Source of the DNA: Nemertoderma westbladi
Taxonomy: Eukaryota > Animalia > Xenacoelomorpha
Length of the DNA stretch: 44,872 nt
Assembly: GCA_032718475.1 (NCBI GenBank)
Contig: JAUCBJ010005721.1
Coordinates: 1-44,872, forward strand
Direction: 5' to 3'
The translations under genes and the position numbers were made by a program. Under the pieces are notes generated by a model. The model did not search any database and was not told where the DNA came from. It was given only the letters and a program-made list of their open reading frames with translations. How positions within the stretch are numbered: the first letter of the stretch is position 1; each line of letters begins with the position of its first letter. This document shows positions 11,390 to 23,024 of this stretch, in pieces.

Positions 11390-12640
11390 CTGGAAGGATG
11401 AATTGTATATTATTAATGCAGACATTTATTAGTCGAATCAATCAAGCATAAAATAGAAAAGTACTTCGCAATCAACCAAAACCACATTTTTAAATTTATA
11501 TTACCTTGTTTATTCCCAAAAATACAGTATATATGAAAATATTTATACGGATCTTATATTAATTAATAGATATTCTACCTAAATTTTCATAAAACAAGCC
11601 AATCAAAAGGAATAGTAATTATCAAGTTAGTAATAATTAGTGATGTTCCAGAATAATTTTTTATATTACGCAATATAAAGCGTTTCAATGGGGTGGGGAA
11701 TAAATAAAATTTACACTACGTGTTACACATTAATTGCTATCGCCGTAAAAGACGCATTACATTTTAAATTTATATCAAAAGTGCCCGATATAAAGTTACA
11801 ATGGCAAAAAATAATACAATTTCACTGAAAGGAAATTTCATAATTTTCACTAAATGTTAGAGAAGAATTTTCGCAAATAGAAATTGGGTTTCTGTTAAAT
11901 TTTATGGGTCTGGAAACTAAATTGGTAACTAATAAACCCGTATACCGGTAGTTAATCGATAGTGATTATTGGACTAAAGATTGATTGTTTGTACCAAATG
12001 TAGGTAAAACCGAAACGGTACTAGTGAAACACACTATTAGTACCAACCGAAACCCCACACTAGTTCCTTTGTTGGTGCACGAAATCCACGTTGATAAGGA
12101 GAAAAATATGAAATTGAAACTTTTTGGTGGTATTAGAAAGATAATAGAGAATCAACAACATTTTGTTCGGATGAATTGCGAATTAGCTTTGGTTGCCTTC
12201 ATTTCCGCTAGATTGAGTGGATTATATGATTTATATAATTATTCATCATAACATAATAGTGTCTTAGGTTTACTAATGGCTTCTTTATCAAGGGAGGTAA
12301 TTGAACAGCACAGCCCACTCAGCCGAAAACAGTGTTAGTAGACATTCTGTGAATTAATGAACCTACTGTATACTGTCTGTCTTGGACAAACACATTAGTA
12401 TTATTTATATATAAAAAGTATTACTGCTCTTAAATATTACCCACACAAAAATGCTTTTTAGATGTTAATGGAATGTAAAAACAATTTAACGTGTGAATTA
12501 TTAAAACCTAGAATAAATGTTGAATAGGCCAATTGATCCCAAGGAACATGTTTCATGCCTCATTTTAGATTAAAACGCTCTCAAAAGGCCGAGTTGGACA
12601 AAATCGGTTTTGACAGTTGTCCCTAAACCTCTTAACCTAC

Positions 12641-12877
12641 CGAATATCCTTATGAAACAGAACCGTATCTTGGGGGACGACTCCTATAGAATGTCTCAAT
12701 GACAGTTGGGTGACTTTACTAATGTCCTGACCATCGATCTGTATTGATCCGGATGTGACGTCATATAATCGGAAAAGAAGTCTAATAATTGTAGATTTTC
12801 CGGAACCAGAAGGTCCCACAATGGCCACAGTGTGGCCGGAAGGTATAGTAAAGGTGATGTTCTTCAAAATCTCTTTC
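12641..12877 (-). CDS. ABCB6: ABCB6-like exon 7 (Walker A and Q-loop)
   Basis: atcag|G AAA GAG...ATT CG|gtagg; [22 protein letters not shown]...[11 protein letters not shown]. Confidence 0.93.
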
Positions 12878-12949
12878 CTGATGAATAAAAATATAAAGAG
12901 GTATTTTATGTAGATCTATCTAATTATAATCGGCCTACTGATTGTAGCT

Positions 12950-13093
12950 GCAAATTGAGAAGCTATGACGGCTTGTCGACAAAATTGCGCCACCACATCT
13001 CCCTATCCCCATGACATTCACAAGATTCCCGCATCTTCAAGCCATGGCCAGTGTCTTTTAATTAAGAGGCGTCCCAAGAAAGTCATGGGCTGT
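12950..13093 (-). mobile_element. Diverged 3'-end fragment of the RTE family
   Basis: Reverse complement resembles about 17160-17300 (cagcccatgactttcttg...aattttgtcgacaagccg). Confidence 0.75.
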
Positions 13094-13242
13094 TAGCCTG
13101 ACATGGACATGGAAGCCTTAGGTATTAGAGTCCAATTAATAAAAAAACTTTTTGTTTAAGTAGACTGTTTTTAAGGTTTGTTTACACGATAGTTCGAATA
13201 AGATTTGTGTATAAATATAATATTTAAAGAAGAAAAGCTTAC

Positions 13243-13382
13243 CCAGTAATGTAGCTGAAACAAACGTTCTTGAATTGAACCTCTCCGCGCACTACATTCA
13301 ATTCTTTTCTTTCTTTATCATCTTGCACCTCTTCTTCTACAGCGAGCAAATCGAACATGTTCTCCATATCTATAAAAGCGGT
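13243..13382 (-). CDS. ABCB6: ABCB6-like exon 6 (TMD-NBD linker)
   Basis: ttcttgcag|ACC GCT...ACT GG|gtaag; TAFIDMENMFDLL...GEVQFKNVCFSY. Confidence 0.92.
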
Positions 13383-13869
13383 CTGCAAGAAAAGTAAGGG
13401 GACTAATTAATTAGTTTACCAAGTCTAACAAAACCGCTACACCAGAGTATACTGATTATGCCACTGCAGTTTTGACACTTTGGCTCTTTTGTAAGAATTG
13501 ACATCAATTACAGCTAAGGAAGGCATTCACATTTTTGTAAAGGGTTATTTGTATCATATTCTATATCCAGCTATGATTGAGTACAAAATAAAGACCAAAG
13601 ACCCAATTATAATTAGCTGCATAATCTAATAACATGTATTAACTTTTGTTTATTATTTCGGTTCTGTAACGTGCTCCTTTACTAACCTGTCCCATTAAAT
13701 GACAATGGGACCTAATGATCTTTGGATTTAACGTTATTTGGGACCTAATGCGACTTTACCTCTTTGTTTTGTACAGAAAGGGCAGACAAGTCTTGGGTCT
13801 TGGGTGTTTGTTTTATGCTCACCCATCCAGTGACTCTCGTTACCAAATACAATGGTTCAGTTTGATTAC

Positions 13870-14082
13870 CTGTAAAATTATATACATATTTCCAAATTGA
13901 TTTAGCGGCCCGTAGAGTTGTAGGAGATATGTTGTGAATAGAACATAATCACCAACAGTGAGTTCTTGGTTGACAACGTAATGAGCACAAAGTAAACAAC
14001 CAACCAGCGTTCCGGTGCTAATTAAAACGTTTTGGATTAAGTTTAGCAGCAGTTGTGTCATCGTAGCTTTTCTCTGCCATGC
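13870..14082 (-). CDS. ABCB6: ABCB6-like exon 5 (last TM helices)
   Basis: ttacag|GCA TGG...TTA CAG|gtaatc; LLNLIQN...LTVGDYVLFTTYLLQLYGPLNQFG. Confidence 0.92.
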
Positions 14083-14189
14083 CTGTAATACATATTATTC
14101 GTATCTGGTACTTATAAATACTTACACTGATACTTACAACGTACTCATAAAAAGTGGTTCAATGATCCCTTCACATCGGAGGAAGTTGA

Positions 14190-15000
14190 GTTGGCTATTG
14201 GAGATAGTTCTAACAAAAAAGCATGTGGGCCTGATCGTCTCTACTATGAGCATTAAATACAGCCCTTCCATGGATTCTCGTCATTTTAACTCTACTCTTC
14301 AACTCAACTCAACTCTGACTGTCTAAATTTCGTTAAGATGCCAATGCAATGGAAGGAAAGTATCATTATGGTCCTCTATAAAGGGAAAGGCTTGGTTACC
14401 AATCCAGATAATTATCGCGGAATCGCTGTATTGGCCGTATCAACATTCCTGGTGCAATCCCTCCTGAACAATATGGATCTATATATCGCTGGTAAATCGA
14501 CCCTCCAGACCTAAATCGACTTCCCTTGGACATTGCATCATTACGGCACTGAAATCCCCAATGCGCAACGATCGCAAGGTCTATGTGGCGTTCATAGATT
14601 TCCGCAAGGCCTTTGACCTTGTAAACAGAGCAGTGCGCCTTGGGAAGTTATATAAGGCTGGCATCGGAGGTAAACTATACAATGTACTGTCTGACATCCT
14701 GTCTCACTATTTTAGAGTTTTTGACAGTCTCTGGCTTAGCAATGTAATCGAAAAACTACGTGGGTTACTCCAGGGCGACTGCTTCTCTCCGACCAGCTTC
14801 ATCATATTCATTGCCAACCTAGCGCTCGCATTACGTCAAATAGGTTCTTTCATCAAATTTATCTTCTATAAGGACGATCTAGCTATATATACAAGTAACC
14901 TCACGAAATCCAACTAGACCTTGACATCTTACATTAATGGGCCTTAGCCAATTGTGTGGAAGTCAATATGATAAAGACCAAGATAATATAGTTTAGAATC
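14190..15000 (+). mobile_element. Degraded LINE RT fragment, probably related to the 8040-10847 element
   Basis: WKESIIMVLYKGKG...NPDNYRGIA, FIDFRKAFD, GLLQGDCFSP, FYKDDL (decayed YADD) and VEVNMIKTK. Confidence 0.75.
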
Positions 15001-15069
15001 ATCACATTTATCATCTCCCCTCTGCCCACCTCCCTCTGAGCTTGCCACCTCTTACAACACTGTAATGCA

Positions 15070-17332
15070 TTTACACTTCGACCCTTCTCCAGTGATGACC
15101 GCCTTATTGTGGCCAAGGTAAGACTTAGTCTAAGTGCTAGCAGAACAATGAAATCTGCCTTGCCGCGGCATGACAGGTCCTCTCTGTTGCAACAGCCAAG
15201 TGTGAGATCCAGTTTTACACTACAACTGAGCAACAGGTATGAGGTTCTTGCCTCTGAGGCAGAAGATCACTGCGAGGGCTATACTGACTTCACAGCTGCA
15301 ATAACAGTTCATGTATACCCTCGAAGCATGAAAAAGGCCCCCTGGATTGACTACAAAATTCAGAAGTGCCGAAATGACCTCTATAAGGCGCAAAAAGAGT
15401 CCTGACTCAAACAGACTACAGTGGCCAAGAATGCAGTTAAGGCTGCATCTAGGTCCCTGAACAGGCAGTACTCTGCTAATCTACAGGAGCTAATAAACCA
15501 ACAGGTTGATGCCATCAATGATGCTGACGACAGCAGGCAATCATCCCAGGCATGGAAATCGATCAATATGCTTACTGGGCGGAAAAGCCAACCAACCACC
15601 AAGGTTAAGGCTGAATCACCAGCCGATCGCCTCAATGGTTGGAAAGCCCACTTTGAAAAGCTCCTCAATAATGACAGGGTATTGCCTGATAACTTTATAG
15701 AAGTAAAAGTGTCTGAGTCTGTACTCCCAGATATTCCCATTGGCGATATCTCCTTTGCAGAAGTGAAGACTGCTGCAAAGAGCATTAAGACCAATCGTGC
15801 CAGTGGAGTAGATGGTGTTCCCCCTGAGGTCTTTAAAATACCTGAGTGTTTAAAGCTCATCTATCCCATCATAGTAGACATGTACCGAACAACAAGAGTC
15901 CCACAAGAAATGAAAACAAATAAGTTGGTGCCTGTTCCCAAGAAGGGCAACCTAACACTATATGGTTCTTTTTGGGGAATCTCATTGATCTCGATTGCTG
16001 CAAAGCTATACAATAGGATTCTATTAAATCGCATCAGGGATCCCATTGAGAGACTGCTCCGTGGAAATCAGAATGGGTTCCGTAAAGGTCGTGGGACCAT
16101 GGAGCCCATTTTGGCACTTAGAAGGATAATTGAAGAGTTATCAAAAAAGAAAGACAGGCATCTGGCTGTTATCTTTGTTGACTTCTTCAAGGCCTTTGAT
16201 TCAGTCTCTCGCTCACGTATGTTCAGCATACTTTCATTATATGGGATTCCTGATGAAATTATTGCAGCAATCAGATCAGTATACGATGGTTCGACAACAT
16301 TTGTGTCTACTGTTGATGGTGACACAGAACCATTTGAAGTGTTATGGGGCGTCCTCCAAGGAGACACACTTGCACCATTCTTGTTCATTATTGTGGTTGA
16401 CTATGTTCTACGCATGTCCTTAGATCATTATAATGATGATGGGGTGATGATAACTCCACCTACTGGCTCCAGAAGTCGAGGAAATCCTGCCAAGTACCTA
16501 ACTGATCTAGACTTTGCTGATGACTTAGGAGTACTCTCAGAATCATTAGAGGGAGCCCAACGGCTCCTCAGCTCATTAGAACATGCTGCTTCTAGTGTTG
16601 GTCTTTTTATTAACTCCAGAAAGACCAAAATTCTGACAGTTAACTTTGAAAGTCCTCAGCAAGTCTCTGATCGGATGAGCATAAGCTCAAAGGATGGTAT
16701 GCTTGAGCATGTGGACGACTTCTGTTACCTGGGATCATGGATCCGGAAGTCAGGTGAGGACCTTCGAATACGTAAGGGAAAGGCATGGGCAGCCTTGAAT
16801 AGGCTTTCCAGGATTTGGAAGTCACCGAGAATTAATCGGAAACTTAAGGTCCGATTATTTAGAGCAGCAGTAGTTCCAGTACTCCTCTATGGGAGTCCAT
16901 GCTGGGCTCTAACTGCTGAGGACACCAAATCTCTGGATGGCACATTCACAAGAATGCTACGCCGGGTTCATTGTGTCAAGTACAATGCACACATCTCCAA
17001 CCAGACACTATATAACATTGGAGGTGTCTCATTGGTTCCCCCAAGCTTGACACTAGAACAAAATCGCCTCCGCTTTGCAGGACATTGCTTTCGCCGTGAG
17101 GACCAGCCAGTGCATAATCTTGTACTTTGGCAGCCTCATGGAGTGAATAAGCATGGTGGACAGCCCATGACTTTCTTGAGACGCATCTTAAAGGACACTG
17201 GCCTTAAAGATGCGGACGATCTAGCAAATGTCATGGGTGATAGGGAGTTGTGGCGGTGCAATTTTGTTGACAAGCCGGCACAGCATTCTTAAAAATGCAG
17301 CTGCAATGCAGCATGCCGATCCTAGTAGTAGT
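15070..17332 (+). mobile_element. 5'-truncated RTE-clade LINE; ORF 15421-17292 encodes the RT; short 3' UTR with (TAG)n tail
   Basis: QNGFRKGRGT, FVDFFKAFDS, GVLQGDTLAPFLF, LDFADD, FCYLGS and RLRFAGHC. Ends ...gccgatcctagtagtagt. Confidence 0.9.
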
Positions 17333-17334
17333 CC

Positions 17335-17800
17335 ATCCTATTCTGCTTATTGGATGGTTCTTCGGGAAGTGAGTGAACAGGTAGAAGGCTTTTCCAAGAA
17401 AATATGGCCTCTGCATAGAATGGCAATGTGGAGACTGGCTCAATAATCTTCGCAATCAGGTCCCTATCCGTGTTTAGTGATGCAAGGAATGCGGCTGGTG
17501 CTGTGTGGGATACAAGTGGCACTCCTTACCCTCCTAACCAGCATGGGTGGGTTACCTGATCCCAAGAGTCTGTAGACATTTTGGTGATTTCCTCCAGTGT
17601 ATCTTTAAGTTCAGAGTCATGCTGATCTAGGAGGTCAGGGCGATGGAAGGTGGGTGAACAACGCAGTATATATGAGTTTAAGCATCGTGATGTCCCAGTT
17701 TTTTTTGAGGTGGGAGTGAAAGAGGTGGAGCATTTCGACCTTCTCCATGAGTGCAGTAGAACTCAAGGTATTACTTCATAATCCCAAGAATGGCCCAAGA
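17335..17800 (-). mobile_element. Degraded RLE-type (CRE-like) retrotransposon fragment, post-RT region
   Basis: Minus-strand translation gives LRCSPTF..PDLL..HD..L and PC.LGG*GVP..HTAPAAFLAS, resembling the LP.RLGGLG...APAAFLAS block. Confidence 0.5.
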
Positions 17801-19686
17801 AGACATAAGTCATCCACAATAATTTATCTAATACTGGGCTGATATGAAGGCATCAACGATTTGGAGATGGCCATCTGACCATACCATACAGACAGCCATA
17901 CATACCCAAATATCGAATCTGCATTCTGCTATCTGTTAAATCGCTATTTACTGATTTATGTAATTATTGTTTATTATTTGATGGAATGCAATATACGGCT
18001 ACATTACCCTGATCTGTTTCTTCTGTTCTTCTAACAAACGACTACCGGTAGCAGACTTCTGGACTTGGACTGTTGGAAGGAAAGGGAACGATCTGAATCG
18101 GAAATAGGAACAGACATCGGAATTATTTGGATTAACGGTCAGTAACCCGGAACTGGTATTCTCTCTATAGACTGGTGGTTGCGGCCTTAGGTTTGGGTGA
18201 ATTTGCACTGTGCCTGTGCCTGTATGTTTACCCTGACAGCCCAATTACTTCACCTTTATTCCTACTAGGGTTTCATGGGTCCGTTATCTCTCAATATATA
18301 GGCCTGGCCAGATAGCAGTTTTAGCTTGGGTTTTTGTCTGTTTGTATTTTGGCAGTTTTGGGTTCAGAAATCAATTAGCGTTAATTACATTCCGTCTTAC
18401 TCATGTCTTTACTATAAAAAACCAAAATACTGTCCGGTTTTTACGCGCAGACTCACAGAAAATTTATGCATATCTAGCCGCGTAAACATTAATACACAGC
18501 TCACACTTTACATCATCTACATAACCCACCAACTCATCAACTCTATCTGGAAGATGACAAGCTTTTGATGGAGGTCTTCACACAAACCTAAGACAGCCAA
18601 GGGATCAACTAGATGGAAGCCCTCTGCATATAAAATGATGTTATCGGCCACCCAGTTGATGGCCACCTGATTCTGTACTTTTGAGACAAATGTACAGGAA
18701 GAGGAAAAGTTTAGTCCATCCATGCCTTGTGGTCATTAATAAATAATAATCCCTGGATGCACGATTTAAGAGTTCTACATACCTGAACCATTGATCCTCT
18801 TGGTATAAACCTAATCAGACTGACCCTTGCTGATTATACTAGTGTGAGAAGTGACAGTGCAGATTCCATAGGGGTTAGTGATGGTGGTGGTATTGAGGGT
18901 TGTGATGAATCAGAATGTAATACGATCAGAGGCAATGGGATGATCTCACCCTTAGACACAGAGGTTGGAGTCGGTAAGCATAATAGAGCCGGAAGAAGGA
19001 CAGGTAATGCCTGAGGAAGTTTAATATTTATGGAGATGACCACTGCAGTTAATCATATAAGAGCACACAATACAATGATTTGAACTAGGCTCTCCGGAAG
19101 AAGTGATGATTGAGTCTTAAGTGGGGGGTGGTGGTTGATCTGCACTGCACTGGTAGGGATGTGGATTTGTATTGCGTATGATGATATTGGATGGGTCTGA
19201 CTGTTGATGCTTGATTGGAAACTTGGTCAGGAGATGGGTCTGGAAAGTGGGTTTGATTGAGGGATGTTTGGGGTAATATGAAATTATTTTGGTTCGCATT
19301 TTTTGCAGGTTTTGGCATATGGTTGTGGGCTGGCTCTGCAGTGGAATCCTGTTCCTGGATGATGGAGGTTGGTGTTTGGGGAGACAGAACAGGCATGACA
19401 AGGGTAGCTGACGCTTTCACAAATGTATATAGTGCATGTATATAGGTGGGCCCTAAACATACTAACAGACTCGTCATTAATAGATAGACCAATGAACCAC
19501 CATCCAGACACATTTTGGCAAACCTACAAAGATATACACCGCACACATAGCTGTTAAATTGTAGATTTTATTGGGAGCTGGTGAATCACCACAAGTTCTG
19601 GAGAAGAAACATTGCATCTAGATGCATCAAATTAGTCAAAATAAAGTACTACCTGGGTTTTTGGATGCACTAATGCTAGAACTTAC

Positions 19687-19862
19687 CTGATTGTTCAATA
19701 TATCAACTCTAAAGTTCTTAACTTCAAACTCCTCTGCACTGTAGTACTTTACTGTCTCGTAATTGAGTAATGAATCAACTGCAGTAGCTTTAGCTTTGTT
19801 ATCAGCTTCATTCATTTTCCTTCTAATTGGAGTTCTCAATGACGTCATGAACAAAGTTGCAA
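19687..19862 (-). CDS. ABCB6: ABCB6-like exon 4
   Basis: gttctag|TT GCA...AAT CAG|gtaagt; LRTPIRRKMNEADNKAKATAVDSLLNYETVKYY. Confidence 0.93.
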
Positions 19863-21360
19863 CTAGAACAGATAAATAAAGATATAAGAAAGAGGAAAAC
19901 CAGCTAGCAATCATTAAGCATCCCTCCACACACACAGTAAAATTGGATATTCTAGCTTAAGGCCCTAAGTAGATTTTTGTTGCATTTTACTTTTTTATAC
20001 AATTCCACACTTTTAGACAATGCTCTATCAGCTGGTGAAGTTTTGACAGTGATGATTATTGCGGAGTAAATTGAAGCCCTATATCACAGCGGACAATATT
20101 TTACTTCAGAAAGGCCTATGTTAAGTTTTTTTAACATTTTAACCAATAATGGGAAGGGATCATACCTTGTTTATTATGTAGTAAAGTGAAATACCATAAT
20201 CCTATTGAACAATATTTTGCTGCAGAAAGTACCCACGATAACTATAAATTTTAGATCCCTAGATCCCTTTATATCTTTTTTAGGCTCTCCTGAACAATTG
20301 CAATTTTTACTTATGACACTTAAGCTGCCAGACTAATCTCTCTGGTGGCTATGATTAACATGGTAGGACTAAATACTGTATACTAAATTCGTTACAGCTG
20401 GTAAAAATTAGTTCTGCGATGAAATCATATATATATATAGATATACAGAACCGGAACGAAATATATGATATGAAACAATAAAATCTAAAGTCGAATATAC
20501 AATTATAGAGGTATATTCTGGTAGAGTTCAGTCATCCTTAACCGGCCTACATTTAGCGTGGAACCTGTGAAAGTTACCGGTAGGCTGGCAACAACGCCAA
20601 GCTCACAGTAATTTCCAGTAATTTGGAGGGAAGTGACCAACAGAACAGACTGTCGAACTAGTTTGTATACTAGATTGGTGCAGCATCGTTTTTAATAGTA
20701 AAAAAGAATGTAATTATTTCGAGATCTACTACCTTCCTAATAGACAACTCCAACCCTTTTCCATCATCACTTCTCTAATAAATCCTCATCGATCTTATTG
20801 TATAATAATAATAATACTTTCTATTACTTCCATGACCCAAATATATATAGACCGAAGACCTTGGAGAGCCTTAGGTTTCGGGGACGGCGATGGCCTACGG
20901 GGTACAGACCTCCCCAACTCCTATTAAATCGGCAATCACCAAATATCTAACTCAGTAACTCAATTACTATTATATGTAATTATAATATTATTAATATATT
21001 ATTGATTTTATTAATCATATTATTAATACTGGTGCGATCTACACAAAGTGGATTATTCATTTGATTAATTATTTGATATTATATAATTAATTGACTAACC
21101 AATAAAAAAAAATATATATTTATATATATAAATGAGGTAGTCACCGTAATAAATTACTGTAGCTGATAATAGCTGGAAATGAGTGTAAAGTAGTGCTTGC
21201 AGGGGCTCACCTGCCAAAGACTACAATAGCAGAATTAAACTAAAAGACAAAATAATTAACTTGACAATTAAATATATAATTATCAGTTCAGATAACCAAA
21301 AGATTCTCAAGGACGTGGATCTGACGCTGGAAGTAGACGTTGTAAAAGTAAAGAAAATTT

Positions 21361-21612
21361 TCTACGGCCATTAGGCCAGGGATTACGCACAAAGTCTGAC
21401 GATTTATTTCCAATGCAGTCCTCCCAGAACTTTACTCCCCATAGGAAACTCCAGTACTCATTTAGCTACCAGTTAAAGATGCAATGCAGAGATGCGCCCA
21501 GGCTGGTCCATTTAAAGCATTCGTGCCGAAACGAAAACTGCTCTGGCCCATGTGAGGATCGAACCCACGACCTACGGTATATGTGAATCCAATGCAACCA
21601 CTACAACAAGGT
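21361..21612 (-). mobile_element. tRNA-derived SINE-like element
   Basis: Minus-strand head has box A-like TAGTGG and box B GGTTCGATCC, ending GGGCCA (21546-21612), followed by a non-tRNA body containing AAATGAGTAC. No complete cloverleaf; 3' boundary approximate. Confidence 0.55.
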
Positions 21613-22497
21613 GGAACCTTGGCGATTGGATGAAAGTGAGAGTATTAGTCGAGGAAACGTAGCCATGAGCAAGAGTCGAGATAGGACGGAGAGTGAGCTG
21701 TTGATAATCGAAGTAGAAGAATCAAACCGACAGGACCGAACTTCGGGAGAATTTCGAACTTCGGGACCGTCGCCCCAAAGAAACGCGGTGTGGGGATCTG
21801 TACTACATGCCAGAAGAGTGGTATAGGATTTACCGAGAAGAAGGAGAACAAAACGAGATGATGAGAGGGGATCAAAGATAAACTTCCAGTTGGAACACAG
21901 CCACCAATCAACAGATTGGTGGTGGCAGGGAGGACGTCTCGGGATATTTGAGAAGAAGAGAGATTAGAGAGCAAACTTCGGTCCAGTGGACCGACCACAA
22001 GCAGACTGCTGAACATACTAAAGGCCATGATGCAAATGCTAGTGTGGGGATAGGTTCACGCAAATGCTGGGATTAGACCCGTAAGTTGCACCTTATATAC
22101 CGGTGGATACGCTAGAACCTGGTAGGCCTGTACCAGCAGTACCTGAACACGAGCATGACTATGGTATGGGAACATATAATATATCCCCAGGGGAGGAGGG
22201 GGGGGGGGGGGGGGGTGGTATTGCAGATAGGTGTCTAGGTCACAATAATATAATGACATCGACGCCAGTGCAGAATACATCAAGGGTGGGAGATAAAAAT
22301 AACAACTCCCTCAGATTCAAACAAACAAAACAAAACATGTGACACAGAGCTATGGGAAGGACCATTACCTCTGATGTAACTGTATATCCAAAGCAAGGGA
22401 GATCGACTAACCCGGAGAATAGAATGGTGTCAGCATATAAGGAACCAATATCTGCACCATCGACTGTGCTAGAGAGATCCAAGCGATTGGGATGGCA

Positions 22498-22554
22498 ACC
22501 GGCACGGCATTCTTAAAAATGCAGCTGCAATGCAGCATGCCGATACTAGTAGTA
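22498..22554 (+). mobile_element. Very short 3'-end copy of the RTE family
   Basis: Near-identical to 17275-17330, including the tagtagta tail. Confidence 0.85.
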
Positions 22555-22556
22555 TA

Positions 22557-23020
22557 GGGTCTCTTAAAACTTAAAATACGTAAGCATTCATTTTTATAGT
22601 CATTAGTATCTAGGATTACAGTGTTACCAGATTTATCGCCCATACATATACGAATGTTAGTGTTGGACTTGAATGATTTGAGAACAGTTCGTTGTTGTTT
22701 CGTAAGGTTATCCTGAGGTACATTTTTGGGGGAGACATTGGGTATTCGGTCTACGTCACAGTGTAGTTCGGCGATGAGAGCTTCCATTATTTCGTCGTCG
22801 TTCTTGGCGGTAGGGCTCGAGGGGGTGTTTTTAGAGATTTGTTGAGTTGTCTAATTAGTTTGTTGTTGACGTCCTGTGAGTTGGTGTGGGCTCCTCAGTC
22901 GTTGGTGGTTGCTCCATTGTTGTTAGTCTTCGTTCCTGGGGTGTTGGTGCTCGCTTTTTGGTCGTTGGTATTCGTTCCTGAGTAGTTTGTGTTCACTTCC
23001 GGGTTGTTTCTCACGGTTAC
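22557..23020 (-). mobile_element. Penelope-like element fragment (region just before the RT core)
   Basis: DNLTKQQRTVLKSFKSNTNIRICMGDKSGNTVILDTNDYKNECLRIL matches the PLE NLT..E..AL..L....I.I..ADKG...VI....DY block. Confidence 0.7.
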
Positions 23021-23024
23021 TTAA

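Noticed and set aside
21546-21612. Functional tRNA gene
   Set aside because: Only the box A/B and T-arm are recognisable; acceptor and D stems do not form. Treated as a SINE head.
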